Assembly: GCA_025340205.1 (NCBI GenBank)
Contig: CP006868.1
Span: 1,620,001 to 1,652,000, forward strand
Direction: 5' to 3'
DNA: 32,000 bases
DNA from: Ignicoccus pacificus DSM 13166
GTDB taxonomy: Archaea; Thermoproteota; Thermoprotei_A; Sulfolobales; Ignicoccaceae
Part shown: piece by piece, positions 18,718 to 27,374 of the stretch
How the letters are laid out: each line of letters begins with the position of its first letter
Position numbering within the stretch: position 1 is the stretch's first letter
Position numbers and translations under genes: made by a program
Notes under the pieces: model-generated
Database searches by the model: none
Seen by the model: the letters and a program-made list of their open reading frames with translations, nothing else
Told to the model about the DNA's origin: nothing

Positions 18718-20258
18718 AACTTAATACTCAATCTCTTAACGCCGCCAGAGATGAGCGAAGCTATAGCATACGTACTCATCGACATAATTATTATATGTAT
18801 TATTGGGACTGCGGTTATGAAGAACGGCAACAGAAGTATATCAAACTCATTATACTTATACTTACCTAGAACCTCCAGAACTTGAAGCCCTAGTTTATTT
18901 GCTAAGTATCCATACCCAACTATTCTAGGAGGCTCAAACGTCGTCTGTTCTCCAGTAATTGCTACCGTCACGTCCTTCCCTTGAGGCACGTACATCTTCA
19001 AAATCCATACGTCTATTCCGTACCACTCCTTTCTCAAAAGTATCGGATTTCTTGCACCGCTGCTAACGTAAACGCCCATACCCTTGGGATCGAACAATCC
19101 CGAGGTAGAGAGGGTAACGTTACATGCACTCCCTACATGAAAAGAGACAACAAACCTCATCTGTCCACTACTCAACGTCTCGAATTTGGGACCCGAGGTT
19201 ATCTCATAATAGCAATTTTGAGGGAAGTAGAGAACGATACCTGAATCCGGCATGACTATGCCTTTGAATGACATCTTCATTCCGTTCTTAACTGTCATAG
19301 GCTCCAGGCCCATTTTCCTCATATCAATTATACCCTTGTTTATAGTAATTCCTAATATTTGTAAGGTGAAATTTGTGTAAGGCCACGGAGCCCCACCTAG
19401 CATATAGGCTGTGTTAACCTCCCCCTTAGGGCCGGCTGGGTAGATACCACAGATGCCCTTGAGGTCGCACAATTGAAGTACGGAATACGCTAGAGGATGC
19501 CACTTACTGTCGTACAGCATTGCTTGAAAGTAGCTAACATTGCTCATGAAGGAGGGGGATTTTATTCCCAAGAAGCTATTCCATAAATTGGAAAATAGTG
19601 GATCATAGAGGGCAATTAACTTTAGTACCAATATAACTAATGGACCCATTATATAAGTTACCATAGCTAGTGCAATGAGAAATGCTCCTGATGCTTTGGT
19701 TATTCTAAAAGGGATCCCGACCATCACTATTCCCGATGCAAGCATAAAAGGCGCCAAGAGTTCCGATATTCTGCTTACAATGTAGAGAAAAGTCCATGCA
19801 TATATACCGGATTTCAGTGTTGTCAATAGCATGTCCATAAAGGGTTTCGTAAATATATTCGTAAACATATAGAACTTTGAGTATAAGTAGTAAATACCCA
19901 TAATAATAGTGCCTAGAGGAATGTTTTCGTAATTGAACTTGAAAAGCATGTTAATTACTTTTGAAATGTAATTCAAAGCTAGATAAAGTGTTCCTAAGTT
20001 TTTCGCTATTGATAATATCTCATTCACGTAGTCCTCTCTGTTAATACCCATCATTTTGTATGCGTAGCTCATTCCCCATATTATCATAGTAAAGAAAGAT
20101 ACTAGGGCTATGGTAAGAAGACCGTCACTTATTAAGGCAGGGGCCCACTTTTTTATCCCCTTTATTGGAATAGGGAGAGAATATATTAGAACACCTAGGA
20201 AGTACGTAAATACACCTAACGCGGTCGCTAAGCTCAACAGCTGCCATATTATGTCCAT
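18711..20258 (-). CDS. Polytopic membrane protein, CedA-like (VirB6-like) DNA-import channel component
   Basis: Multiple N-terminal TM helices, a large Gly/Ser/Thr-rich extracytoplasmic region, C-terminal TM; 7-bp overlap with the CedB-like gene; ATG at 20258 (MDIIWQLLSLATALG) preferred. Confidence 0.72.
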   Translation of the reverse strand: MDIIWQLLSLATALGVFTYFLGVLIYSLPIPIKGIKKWAPALISDGLLTIALVSFFTMIIWGMSYAYKMMGINREDYVNEILSIAKNLGTLYLALNYISKVINMLFKFNYENIPLGTIIMGIYYLYSKFYMFTNIFTKPFMDMLLTTLKSGIYAWTFLYIVSRISELLAPFMLASGIVMVGIPFRITKASGAFLIALAMVTYIMGPLVILVLKLIALYDPLFSNLWNSFLGIKSPSFMSNVSYFQAMLYDSKWHPLAYSVLQLCDLKGICGIYPAGPKGEVNTAYMLGGAPWPYTNFTLQILGITINKGIIDMRKMGLEPMTVKNGMKMSFKGIVMPDSGIVLYFPQNCYYEITSGPKFETLSSGQMRFVVSFHVGSACNVTLSTSGLFDPKGMGVYVSSGARNPILLRKEWYGIDVWILKMYVPQGKDVTVAITGEQTTFEPPRIVGYGYLANKLGLQVLEVLGKYKYNEFDILLLPFFITAVPIIHIIIMSMSTYAIASLISGGVKRLSIKLW

Positions 20259-20335
20259 CTCACACCCTATTTGATAACGCCCAAAGTTCCCGTACACTGA
20301 GGATCACGAAATTGAGTAAGAGAAAGCGGTGGTTC

Positions 20336-22270
20336 ATGAGAACCGACATCGTTTGGGACATTGAAAAGAACGTGCCTACCTTCAAGAGTACTTGTTGGGA
20401 CTGTAACGTAGTAGAGCTCCCAATGACTGACCCCGGAGATGCCAGACTGGCTTTTGAAAGCGATCTAGATATATTAAGAGAAGCTTTGAATAATGAATTC
20501 GGAGCTCCCGAGTATTGGAAGGACGTAGTCGGATCCGGCGTAGTACTTGTAAATAAGGGAGCTGGACTTGATGACTTTAGAGAACTCTTCGCGAGGGGTA
20601 CTATAATCGGTAAACTGTACTGGGACTTGTTTGAAGGCAAGTGGAGGTTCAGGTTAAGCTACGCCAGCGCTAAGGTGCTATTAGAGAAAGGTATCATGAA
20701 TACCTTTGAAGTGGATGAACATCCCAAGGAAGGAGCAAATCTGTTTTCTGAAGGATGTGAGGAGGGTACACAAATAGTCTTGGTCAAGAACGGCGAACCT
20801 GTCGGCATAGGTTACTGCAGAAAAAACGGCAGGATAAGGGTAGTTACCTCCTTCCCACCGGAGATTGTGGGAAAAGAGCCTTTTCCAGCTAAGGATAAGC
20901 CAACGACTTGGGACGACGTAGTAAAACATAATGAATATAGGATTAGGATGATGACTTCCCAAGCGAAGAGATTCCTATACAACATGATTAACAAAGTTAA
21001 GAAGACGGTAACGGTTTCCTTTTCTGGGGGAAAGGATAGCTTAGTAGCGCTACATCTGACAAAGCAGCTGGTCGAACCAATAGTAGTGTTTAACAACACT
21101 GGAATAGAAATGCCTGAAACCGTTGAAACCGTTGAAAGGGTCGTCAAAGCTTGGGACCTTAAACTCGTCACGGCGGATGCCGGAGACGACTTCTGGCACG
21201 CTCTCAGAATGATTGGACCGCCGGCGAGGGACTTGAGATGGTGTTGCAAGGTAGCGAAGCTTGTTCCAATGGCTAAGTTGGTAAAGGAGAGATGGCCTGA
21301 AGGCACGCTTAACGTAGTTGGTCAGAGAGCGTTCGAAAGCATAGAGAGAGCCAAGTCCCCAAGAGTTTGGAGGAATAAGTGGTTCCCTCAAGTATTAAAT
21401 ATCTCACCCATTCAAGATTGGACTCAATTGGATGTATGGCTCTACATATATTCAAACGACCTCATGGAATTCGTCAACCCTCTATACTTCAAGGGGTTCG
21501 AGAGGGTTGGTTGCTTCATGTGCCCAGCCAGTCTGATGGCAGAGTTTGAGTTTACTAAGAAAGTTCATCCCGAACTCTGGGGGAGGTGGGAAAGAGAATT
21601 AGAAAGGTGGAGAAAGTTATTGGGACTTCCAGAAGAGTGGAGCAAGTATGGTTTGTGGAGATGGCTATCCTATTCTACGAAAAAGAAGACCATTCTTAGA
21701 AAGCTTGGAATAGAGTATGACTGGAAACGAGAATTTGAGGGACGAATACATCCATCAATAGTGGAGAAGACTATCGAAAACGAAAGGGTTGAACTTGAGT
21801 TCTCCTCTCGAATAGACTTAGCTTTGAAGGACCAGTATAGCGTACTCGGTAAGCCGAGTGAAGATGGCATAGTTTCAGATGAGATCAAAGTATCATTCGG
21901 TCAAAGGAAGGTTGCGATAATCGGTAGTAACCCGATAGAGGGCGCTATAGAAGTTTCCGCCCTCATTCAAAGATGGTTCAAGTGCTTGAGGTGTAAGAGC
22001 TGCGAAGTGTGGTGTCCTACGGGTTCAATAAAGGTTACCACGAGACCTAAGATAGATTCAGAATCGTGCATAAGTTGCAAGCTCTGTCTGCTCGAGTGTC
22101 CAATGTATGATCCGTTTGCAGATAGAGTAGTCTCTGCAGTAATCCTCGATGATCCAAACGCGTGGAAGAGGAAGACTAAGATGTCTAGAAAGGAGCTGGT
22201 TAAGAAGCTGAAGGAGAGCGTTGTAGAAGAGGCACAAGGGCTAGGTGGTGTAGGCTCAGAGGAGCTTTAA
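20336..22270 (+). CDS. PAPS-reductase-family PP-loop protein with N-terminal PUA-like region and C-terminal 2x[4Fe-4S] ferredoxin domain
   Basis: CWDC near the N-terminus; TVSFSGGKDSLVALHL; RWCCK; CLRCKSCEVWCP and CISCKLCLLECP. Confidence 0.85.
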   Translation: MRTDIVWDIEKNVPTFKSTCWDCNVVELPMTDPGDARLAFESDLDILREALNNEFGAPEYWKDVVGSGVVLVNKGAGLDDFRELFARGTIIGKLYWDLFEGKWRFRLSYASAKVLLEKGIMNTFEVDEHPKEGANLFSEGCEEGTQIVLVKNGEPVGIGYCRKNGRIRVVTSFPPEIVGKEPFPAKDKPTTWDDVVKHNEYRIRMMTSQAKRFLYNMINKVKKTVTVSFSGGKDSLVALHLTKQLVEPIVVFNNTGIEMPETVETVERVVKAWDLKLVTADAGDDFWHALRMIGPPARDLRWCCKVAKLVPMAKLVKERWPEGTLNVVGQRAFESIERAKSPRVWRNKWFPQVLNISPIQDWTQLDVWLYIYSNDLMEFVNPLYFKGFERVGCFMCPASLMAEFEFTKKVHPELWGRWERELERWRKLLGLPEEWSKYGLWRWLSYSTKKKTILRKLGIEYDWKREFEGRIHPSIVEKTIENERVELEFSSRIDLALKDQYSVLGKPSEDGIVSDEIKVSFGQRKVAIIGSNPIEGAIEVSALIQRWFKCLRCKSCEVWCPTGSIKVTTRPKIDSESCISCKLCLLECPMYDPFADRVVSAVILDDPNAWKRKTKMSRKELVKKLKESVVEEAQGLGGVGSEEL

Positions 22271-22609
22271 CTTTCCAGTAATTTTATCTATTTCGGAGCT
22301 CGGGGCGGGACCTATCCCTACGGCGGTCACTGTCCCAGGAGGCAGCTGCGTTAGGCCGGCGTCAGCTATCATCGACGCGGGTAATCCCATACTCCTCGCC
22401 TTTACATATATTTCTTTCAACTCTAACTCTGTATTAACCTTTAGCACTATTTTCTTTTGACCGCTCAATCTCCATTGCTCAACCCACGAGGGTTTCTTCC
22501 TCATCGCCTCAAAGACGGCCTCACAAGACGCGTGAGCCACTTGTGCAGCCAACTTCCCCTTTCCCATCTTTAAATCCGTTCTAACAACTATCACTTGCTT
22601 GATCTCCAT
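22256..22609 (-). CDS. pth2: Peptidyl-tRNA hydrolase, Pth2 family
   Basis: KQVIVVRTDLKMGKGKLAAQVAHAS ... IADAGLTQLPPGTVTAVGIGPAP. Confidence 0.95.
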   Translation of the reverse strand: MEIKQVIVVRTDLKMGKGKLAAQVAHASCEAVFEAMRKKPSWVEQWRLSGQKKIVLKVNTELELKEIYVKARSMGLPASMIADAGLTQLPPGTVTAVGIGPAPSSEIDKITGKLKLL

Positions 22610-23601
22610 TTCTCCAACACCTCTTCGATATCTCTTGAATCCAAGTTAAGACCACTCATCTTAATTGAGTGAATTAAATCCTTCTCGTTCATCCTTAACC
22701 ATTCCCCTACCTCTATTATTTTCTCTTTAACATCCTCTCCCCTCCTCCGAGCCTCTATAAGTTCCTTAGCCATCCTCCATCTCTTTTCCTTTGAACTCAT
22801 AACTTCTATTATCGCTTCCTCCAAGTTACCTCTAAGCTCATATCGTGCCCTTAGTAGCGCATATACGAGTTTGTGAACTATCGCTGGTACACCGTAAACG
22901 CTTCCCCTTAAGGTAACCTTCCTGCGTAAACATCTGGGTTTATCACAAGGAATCAAGGAAGTAAGGCCTATTCTCGGAACTTCCTTATCCACTATTCCTC
23001 CGAAGACGAATGCTTCGGCTTCAAGAACCTCTTCCGGACTCAATTCCTCTTCTGCATTGGGATCCATGAGTATGATCTTTTTCGCATCTATCTCCTCCAT
23101 GCTTCTAACTACATTAACATGGGGACTAGGTACGAGCTCCGGAGGTAAGGGCGAAGGTTCGACGAGTACCATGTTTAAATCCCATAGGAAGGTTCTGACA
23201 GCGCTTAACGTCTCATGTACTTGCAATTTCAACTTTCTTTTTTCGCGCTCTGTATGAATATAGTAAAATCCTAGATACAGTACAATTAATGGTTTTCTAT
23301 CAACTAAATCGATGAAATCTTCGACTCCTACTTCCCCCTCCCATTCATGAAGAGACTCGCTCAGCTCTTCTCCACCTCTCCACATGTACTCGACCGCGCC
23401 ATATCTTGTTCTTATTAAGAACCATCTCTTTGCATGAACTCTCTTCTTCGTGTTTATCTTACTTTTATGAACTAACATATGCACGGCTGTTTCTTGGAAT
23501 GGGTTTCTACGGAAACGGGCGTTCAGAGGGGCAACGAGCGAGGCAACGCTCTTTACTCCTCTTTGTGCCAACACCTCGGCGAGAGCTTCTCCGGGTCTCA
23601 C
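22591..23601 (-). CDS. Archaeal Trm10-like SPOUT tRNA (purine-9 N1) methyltransferase; GTG start
   Basis: IILMDPNAEEELSPEEVLEAEAFVFGGIVDKEVPRIGLTSLI...RRKVTLRGSVYGVPAIVHK. Confidence 0.82.
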   Translation of the reverse strand: MRPGEALAEVLAQRGVKSVASLVAPLNARFRRNPFQETAVHMLVHKSKINTKKRVHAKRWFLIRTRYGAVEYMWRGGEELSESLHEWEGEVGVEDFIDLVDRKPLIVLYLGFYYIHTEREKRKLKLQVHETLSAVRTFLWDLNMVLVEPSPLPPELVPSPHVNVVRSMEEIDAKKIILMDPNAEEELSPEEVLEAEAFVFGGIVDKEVPRIGLTSLIPCDKPRCLRRKVTLRGSVYGVPAIVHKLVYALLRARYELRGNLEEAIIEVMSSKEKRWRMAKELIEARRRGEDVKEKIIEVGEWLRMNEKDLIHSIKMSGLNLDSRDIEEVLEKWRSSK

Positions 23602-23670
23602 TTTCGTTGAGCACCTGGATGAGGAAAAGAGCGGTGCTGATAAGATGAAGAGGCTGAGCTACTCCGACAG

Positions 23671-24720
23671 CTATATGTATCCCTCCTTGTACATCAGCTC
23701 AGCCGTCAGCAAGCTAACTCCCGAAGCTCCTCTGAGAAGGTTATGACCCACTATTACCATCCTTATCCTACCTAGCTCTGTCACCTCGACCCTTCCTACA
23801 GTAACGCTCATACCGTTTCCGGCCATTCTGTCCAACCTAGGTTGAGGTCTATCGTTCTCCTCCCTTACTACGAGGGGGTTCTCAGGAGCTGTCGGTAAGC
23901 TCAACTCTTGAGGTCTCGACTTGAAGGACTTGAGCACGTCCTTCACTACATCAACGTCAACGCTCTTCTTCGTTTTAATGTAGAGTACTTCAGTATGACC
24001 GTCGAGTACCGGAACCCTTGTAGTAGTTGCCTCAACGCCGAACTTCACCTCCTCTATTCTTCCCTCCTTATACTTACCCAGTATTTTCATTGATTCTACC
24101 TTCACTTTGTATTCTTCTTTGGCTATATAGGGCAATAGGTTGTCTACTATAGCATACGCGTTAAGGCCAGCGAATCCAGCTCCACTTATGGCTTGCATAG
24201 TCGTTACGGTTATCTCATCGATACCGAACTCATCCATTATAGGTCTCAATGGCATTGTCATGACTGCTGTAGTACAGTTGGGGTTCTTGACGAGCTTCGC
24301 TCCCCACCTCTCCTGATGCTTCAAGAGTTGAAGATGTTCCCAGTTCACCTCAGGGTTCATTAGAGGTACGTCTGGCTCCAATCTGAATGGAGATGCGTTG
24401 GAGACTACGTTTATACCCCTTTTCAAGTATTTCAATTCTATCTCGCCGGCTACCTCGCTTGGCAATGCAGAGAATATTAGATCCACCTCCTCCTTTAAGG
24501 TATCCGGATCAGCTGCGTCAAAGACGACGTAGTCGGCAAACTTCTGAGGAAAAGGCCTTGGAATAATCCAATGTACTGCTTCGAAGTACTTCTTGCCCGC
24601 TGATCTCTTAGAGGCTCCAAGAGCTACCAGTTCAAAGTAAGGGTGATCTTCCAGTAAACTCGCAAACCATTGGCCTGCCATCCCGGTCGCTCCCAGGACA
24701 GCAACCCTAAGCTTGTCCAT
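23671..24720 (-). CDS. asd: Aspartate-semialdehyde dehydrogenase
   Basis: RVAVLGATGMAGQ...DLIFSALPSEVAGEIE...VKNPNCTTAVMTMPLRPIMDEF...MQAISGAG. Confidence 0.95.
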   Translation of the reverse strand: MDKLRVAVLGATGMAGQWFASLLEDHPYFELVALGASKRSAGKKYFEAVHWIIPRPFPQKFADYVVFDAADPDTLKEEVDLIFSALPSEVAGEIELKYLKRGINVVSNASPFRLEPDVPLMNPEVNWEHLQLLKHQERWGAKLVKNPNCTTAVMTMPLRPIMDEFGIDEITVTTMQAISGAGFAGLNAYAIVDNLLPYIAKEEYKVKVESMKILGKYKEGRIEEVKFGVEATTTRVPVLDGHTEVLYIKTKKSVDVDVVKDVLKSFKSRPQELSLPTAPENPLVVREENDRPQPRLDRMAGNGMSVTVGRVEVTELGRIRMVIVGHNLLRGASGVSLLTAELMYKEGYI

Positions 24721-24835
24721 CTCCTTCGGACCTCCAACATTCCTTAAGTTTCATCAAACTTAAGCTCAGCGCGCCTAGTGCTACGAGGATTATTCTTAAA
24801 ACCTCACGTAGGTTAGCCCGAAAAGGGATTCGATC

Positions 24836-24946
24836 ATGGGAGGAAGACAGAGGACCAGCTTGTTCATGGAGACCAGCTCCGAAAGAGCTAGAGTGGAGAA
24901 GAGGCTTCAAAGCAAGAAGGAGAAGGGTAAGAAGGGCAGGAAGTAA
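24836..24946 (+). CDS. Small basic protein, 36 aa, not in the supplied ORF track
   Basis: ATG...TAA reads MGGRQRTSLFMETSSERARVEKRLQSKKEKGKKGRK; 13/36 Lys/Arg; T-run follows the stop at about 24951. Confidence 0.45.
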   Translation: MGGRQRTSLFMETSSERARVEKRLQSKKEKGKKGRK

Positions 24947-24991
24947 CCCATTTTTGGAGTCACTTCACACCCTCCTCGATAGGGCTCAATC

Positions 24992-25813
24992 GTGAGGTGC
25001 AAGCACAGAAGACTTAGGATCGCAATACCCTCGGACGCCCTTTCAGCAAATCCCTCGTTGAGGGAGAAAACCCTCGTGGCCGGTTACATAGCCAGAGCTG
25101 CCGCAGCCCTCCGAAGCGAGGCAATAGATATCTACATGACTGAGAGCGATGAGGGTTTAGACGTACTCTTAGAAGTCTTAAGATACCTTTCCGAACCCGC
25201 CTATCTTAGGAAAGTATTGATTCCTCTGAAACCTCAATTAAAATTCGCTGGAATACTACCTCCCGTCACAATAAAGCCCCTTAATGAGGGATTTAAAGAT
25301 CAAGAAGATAAGCTATTCTTTAAAGTAGGTGTGATTTTATCGTGTCTCAAGAATAACTATGCTAAGGTCCTAATAGATAAAGATGATGAAGTAACTATTA
25401 AGGTTGAAAAATGTAGAAGATACAAAGAAATACTAGTTGGGATAGATGAAAAGGGTAAACCTAGAAAAGTTTATCCAAGGAGGTATGGAATATGGAGAGG
25501 TCATTACCTAGGCTTTCAAGTCAGAACATTTGAAAATATCTATGATCTTCTAAGATTTTATGATAATAACAACTATAAGAAAGTAGGAACTTCGAGGTAC
25601 GGTGAGTGGCCAGGTAAACTAAGAGAGTTCGTTGGTAATGACGTCGCTCTGATTTATGGCTCTCCCTCGGCTGGCTTGCTTGAACGCTATGGTGAGTTAA
25701 ATCTCGATGCTTTAATTAATATCATACCTTGCCAAGGTGTCAAAACTGTGAGATTGGAAGAGGCTCTCTGGGCTACCGTAGGCTTATACTCTTCATTAGA
25801 ATTTGGACTCTAA
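24992..25813 (+). CDS. SPOUT-type RNA methyltransferase, COG2106/DUF171-like; GTG start
   Basis: RLRIAIPSDALSANPSLREKTLVAGYIARAAA ... LIYGSPSAGLLERYGELNLDALINIIPCQGVKTVRLEEAL. Confidence 0.82.
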   Translation: MRCKHRRLRIAIPSDALSANPSLREKTLVAGYIARAAAALRSEAIDIYMTESDEGLDVLLEVLRYLSEPAYLRKVLIPLKPQLKFAGILPPVTIKPLNEGFKDQEDKLFFKVGVILSCLKNNYAKVLIDKDDEVTIKVEKCRRYKEILVGIDEKGKPRKVYPRRYGIWRGHYLGFQVRTFENIYDLLRFYDNNNYKKVGTSRYGEWPGKLREFVGNDVALIYGSPSAGLLERYGELNLDALINIIPCQGVKTVRLEEALWATVGLYSSLEFGL

Positions 25814-25818
25814 TTGAA

Positions 25819-25827
25819 CCATTGGAC
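25819..25827 (+). repeat. Left copy of the 9-bp direct repeat CCATTGGAC
   Basis: Identical to 27472-27480. Confidence 0.5.
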
Positions 25828-25853
25828 ACTGTTTGGACAAGGTTTGGACAAGT
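25821..25853 (+). repeat. Three tandem 11-bp iteron-like units: ATTGGACACTG / TTTGGACAAGG / TTTGGACAAGT
   Basis: TTGGAC cores at 25822, 25833 and 25844, exact 11-bp spacing; extra cores at 25803 and 25890. Confidence 0.8.
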
Positions 25854-26100
25854 CTTGTTTGTCTCTTAGATATTTTGTTGGATTTTTATTTGGACTACTA
25901 AACCCATAGATGCTTCTAGAGGAATCGCAACTTACGTGAAGATTCTATATTTGGTTTTGTATAATATTTGTTTAGAGACTAATAAATAAAGCAAAGATCT
26001 CCAAAGTTTGGTGAAAGTACTAGAGGTAACTATCTACATGAGATGTCCCATGAATTGCCCAACTAAGTGTACTGGAGCTATGCAAGCTTAATTCAAACTG

Positions 26101-26120
26101 TTGTCCAAGGTTTGTCCAAA
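26101..26120 (-). repeat. Two iteron-like units in inverted orientation (TTGTCCAAGG TTTGTCCAAA)
   Basis: GTCCAA cores at 26103 and 26114, exact 11-bp spacing. Confidence 0.75.
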
Positions 26121-26133
26121 TCATGGGAATTAC

Positions 26134-27348
26134 TTAGAGATACTTAAGAAGCTCTATGAGACGTTTATCTCCGACACGATATTTGCTTCTCCTTTTTCCC
26201 CTACTACTGGGTGTCTTTTCGACTAATCCTTTTTTCAAGAGAGGCTCTTTCAAGCGGTAATGGACGGTACTCTTAGCTACGTCGTAACCTTGCTTCTTTA
26301 ACCATCTCGTAACATCACTTGGTCCCGCTTCACCGAGTTCAGCTAACGCCTTTAAGATCATTCTGTCGAGTTCGTCTAACTCAAATAAAACGGTAGTCTC
26401 CATAGCCCGTTCAGCCTCTTTTATCGCTAGCTCGATGTGCTTCTTCTGAAGAGAGCCATCCTTAGCAGCGTAGGTTAGTGCTCTCTGTGCAACCTTGATT
26501 GTATCTCTCAATATTGGGAAGTGCTTCCAAATTTCCTCGATCCATTCCTCCTTGAATGGATAGAATGGGTTCTCTGGAGTGGCGAAATCTTTCAATCTTT
26601 TTGAGAATACCTTCTTGGTCTCCTCAGCGTTATAGCCAGGTATCCTAATTTCTATGAACTTACTGACTACGTGTGGAAATCGAGTCCTGAAGGAGTTTAG
26701 ATGGTCAGGTATTATAGTGAAGATGAAGCTAACCTTTCCTTGCCCCTGTAAGAGGTTGTCGAACCAGAAGGCAAGCTGTTCAAATGACTCAGAATAGGCG
26801 AATCCGTCTACCATGAAAATCACTGGTATGTTGCTGTTATCTACTATAAAGCCTAAGGCGGATTTCAAGGTATCTAAATCAACTCTTCCCATTTTCTCAA
26901 ATCTCATAAGCACGTTTTCTACTACTTGAGTTATATACTTGAAGAACTTTTCATACTCTTGGTTCATCCCTACGAAGTATATCCAGCCCGGCTTCTTGAA
27001 ACCCTTTTCAAGACCTTTGAGTAGATTATATAAGAATTTCTGAGGGTTATCGTCGTAGACGGTCTTTACTACTATGGGAATTAGCTTCTTCATTGATGCT
27101 TCTAAGGGTGACCGCGGGTAAGGGATATCCATTTCCTTTCTCCAGAAATTCAAGAACGTAGACTTGCCTAGACCGTAGCTTCCAACTACGAAGACTCTGC
27201 TATTGCCACCTTCCTTCACTATTTTCTCATATACTAGCTTTTCGAAGAGGTTATCAGGTTCGTAGCGCTTGACGTAGAACCGCAGCATTTCGCCGTCCAG
27301 CGGAGCCGGCTCGAACCTCCGTATCAGTTCGTAGAAGTCGGGCGGCAC
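26134..27348 (-). CDS. AAA+ ATPase with C-terminal winged helix, Orc1/Cdc6-like in layout; start probably GTG at 27348 or 27360 rather than 27486
   Basis: Walker A GSYGLGKST, VIFMVDG, lid-like RLKDFA...LRDTIKVAQRALTYAAKDGSLQKKHIELAIKEAE, wHTH LDRMILKALAELGEAGPSDVTRWLKKQGYDVAKSTVHYRLKEPLLKKGLVEK. Confidence 0.8.
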   Translation of the reverse strand: MPPDFYELIRRFEPAPLDGEMLRFYVKRYEPDNLFEKLVYEKIVKEGGNSRVFVVGSYGLGKSTFLNFWRKEMDIPYPRSPLEASMKKLIPIVVKTVYDDNPQKFLYNLLKGLEKGFKKPGWIYFVGMNQEYEKFFKYITQVVENVLMRFEKMGRVDLDTLKSALGFIVDNSNIPVIFMVDGFAYSESFEQLAFWFDNLLQGQGKVSFIFTIIPDHLNSFRTRFPHVVSKFIEIRIPGYNAEETKKVFSKRLKDFATPENPFYPFKEEWIEEIWKHFPILRDTIKVAQRALTYAAKDGSLQKKHIELAIKEAERAMETTVLFELDELDRMILKALAELGEAGPSDVTRWLKKQGYDVAKSTVHYRLKEPLLKKGLVEKTPSSRGKRRSKYRVGDKRLIELLKYL

Positions 27349-27374
27349 GCCACTCTCCACTCCCCTACTAGTGT

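Noticed and set aside
23615-23660. C/D-box-like sRNA candidate (GGATGAGG ... CTGAtaaGATGAagaggCTGA) between trm10 and asd
   Set aside because: Box C is imperfect and the C'-D spacing (about 5 nt) is too short for a guide; not supported as an archaeal C/D sRNA.
24707-24910. 67-aa minus-strand ORF
   Set aside because: Low-quality composition, overlaps the asd start and lies antisense to the better small basic ORF candidate.
26012-26092. Tiny in-frame peptide VKVLEVTIYMRCPMNCPTKCTGAMQA with three closely spaced cysteines in the repeat-rich gap
   Set aside because: Only 26 codons and no convincing ribosome-binding site at the right distance; likely chance or a gene remnant. Would need homologs or Ribo-seq support.
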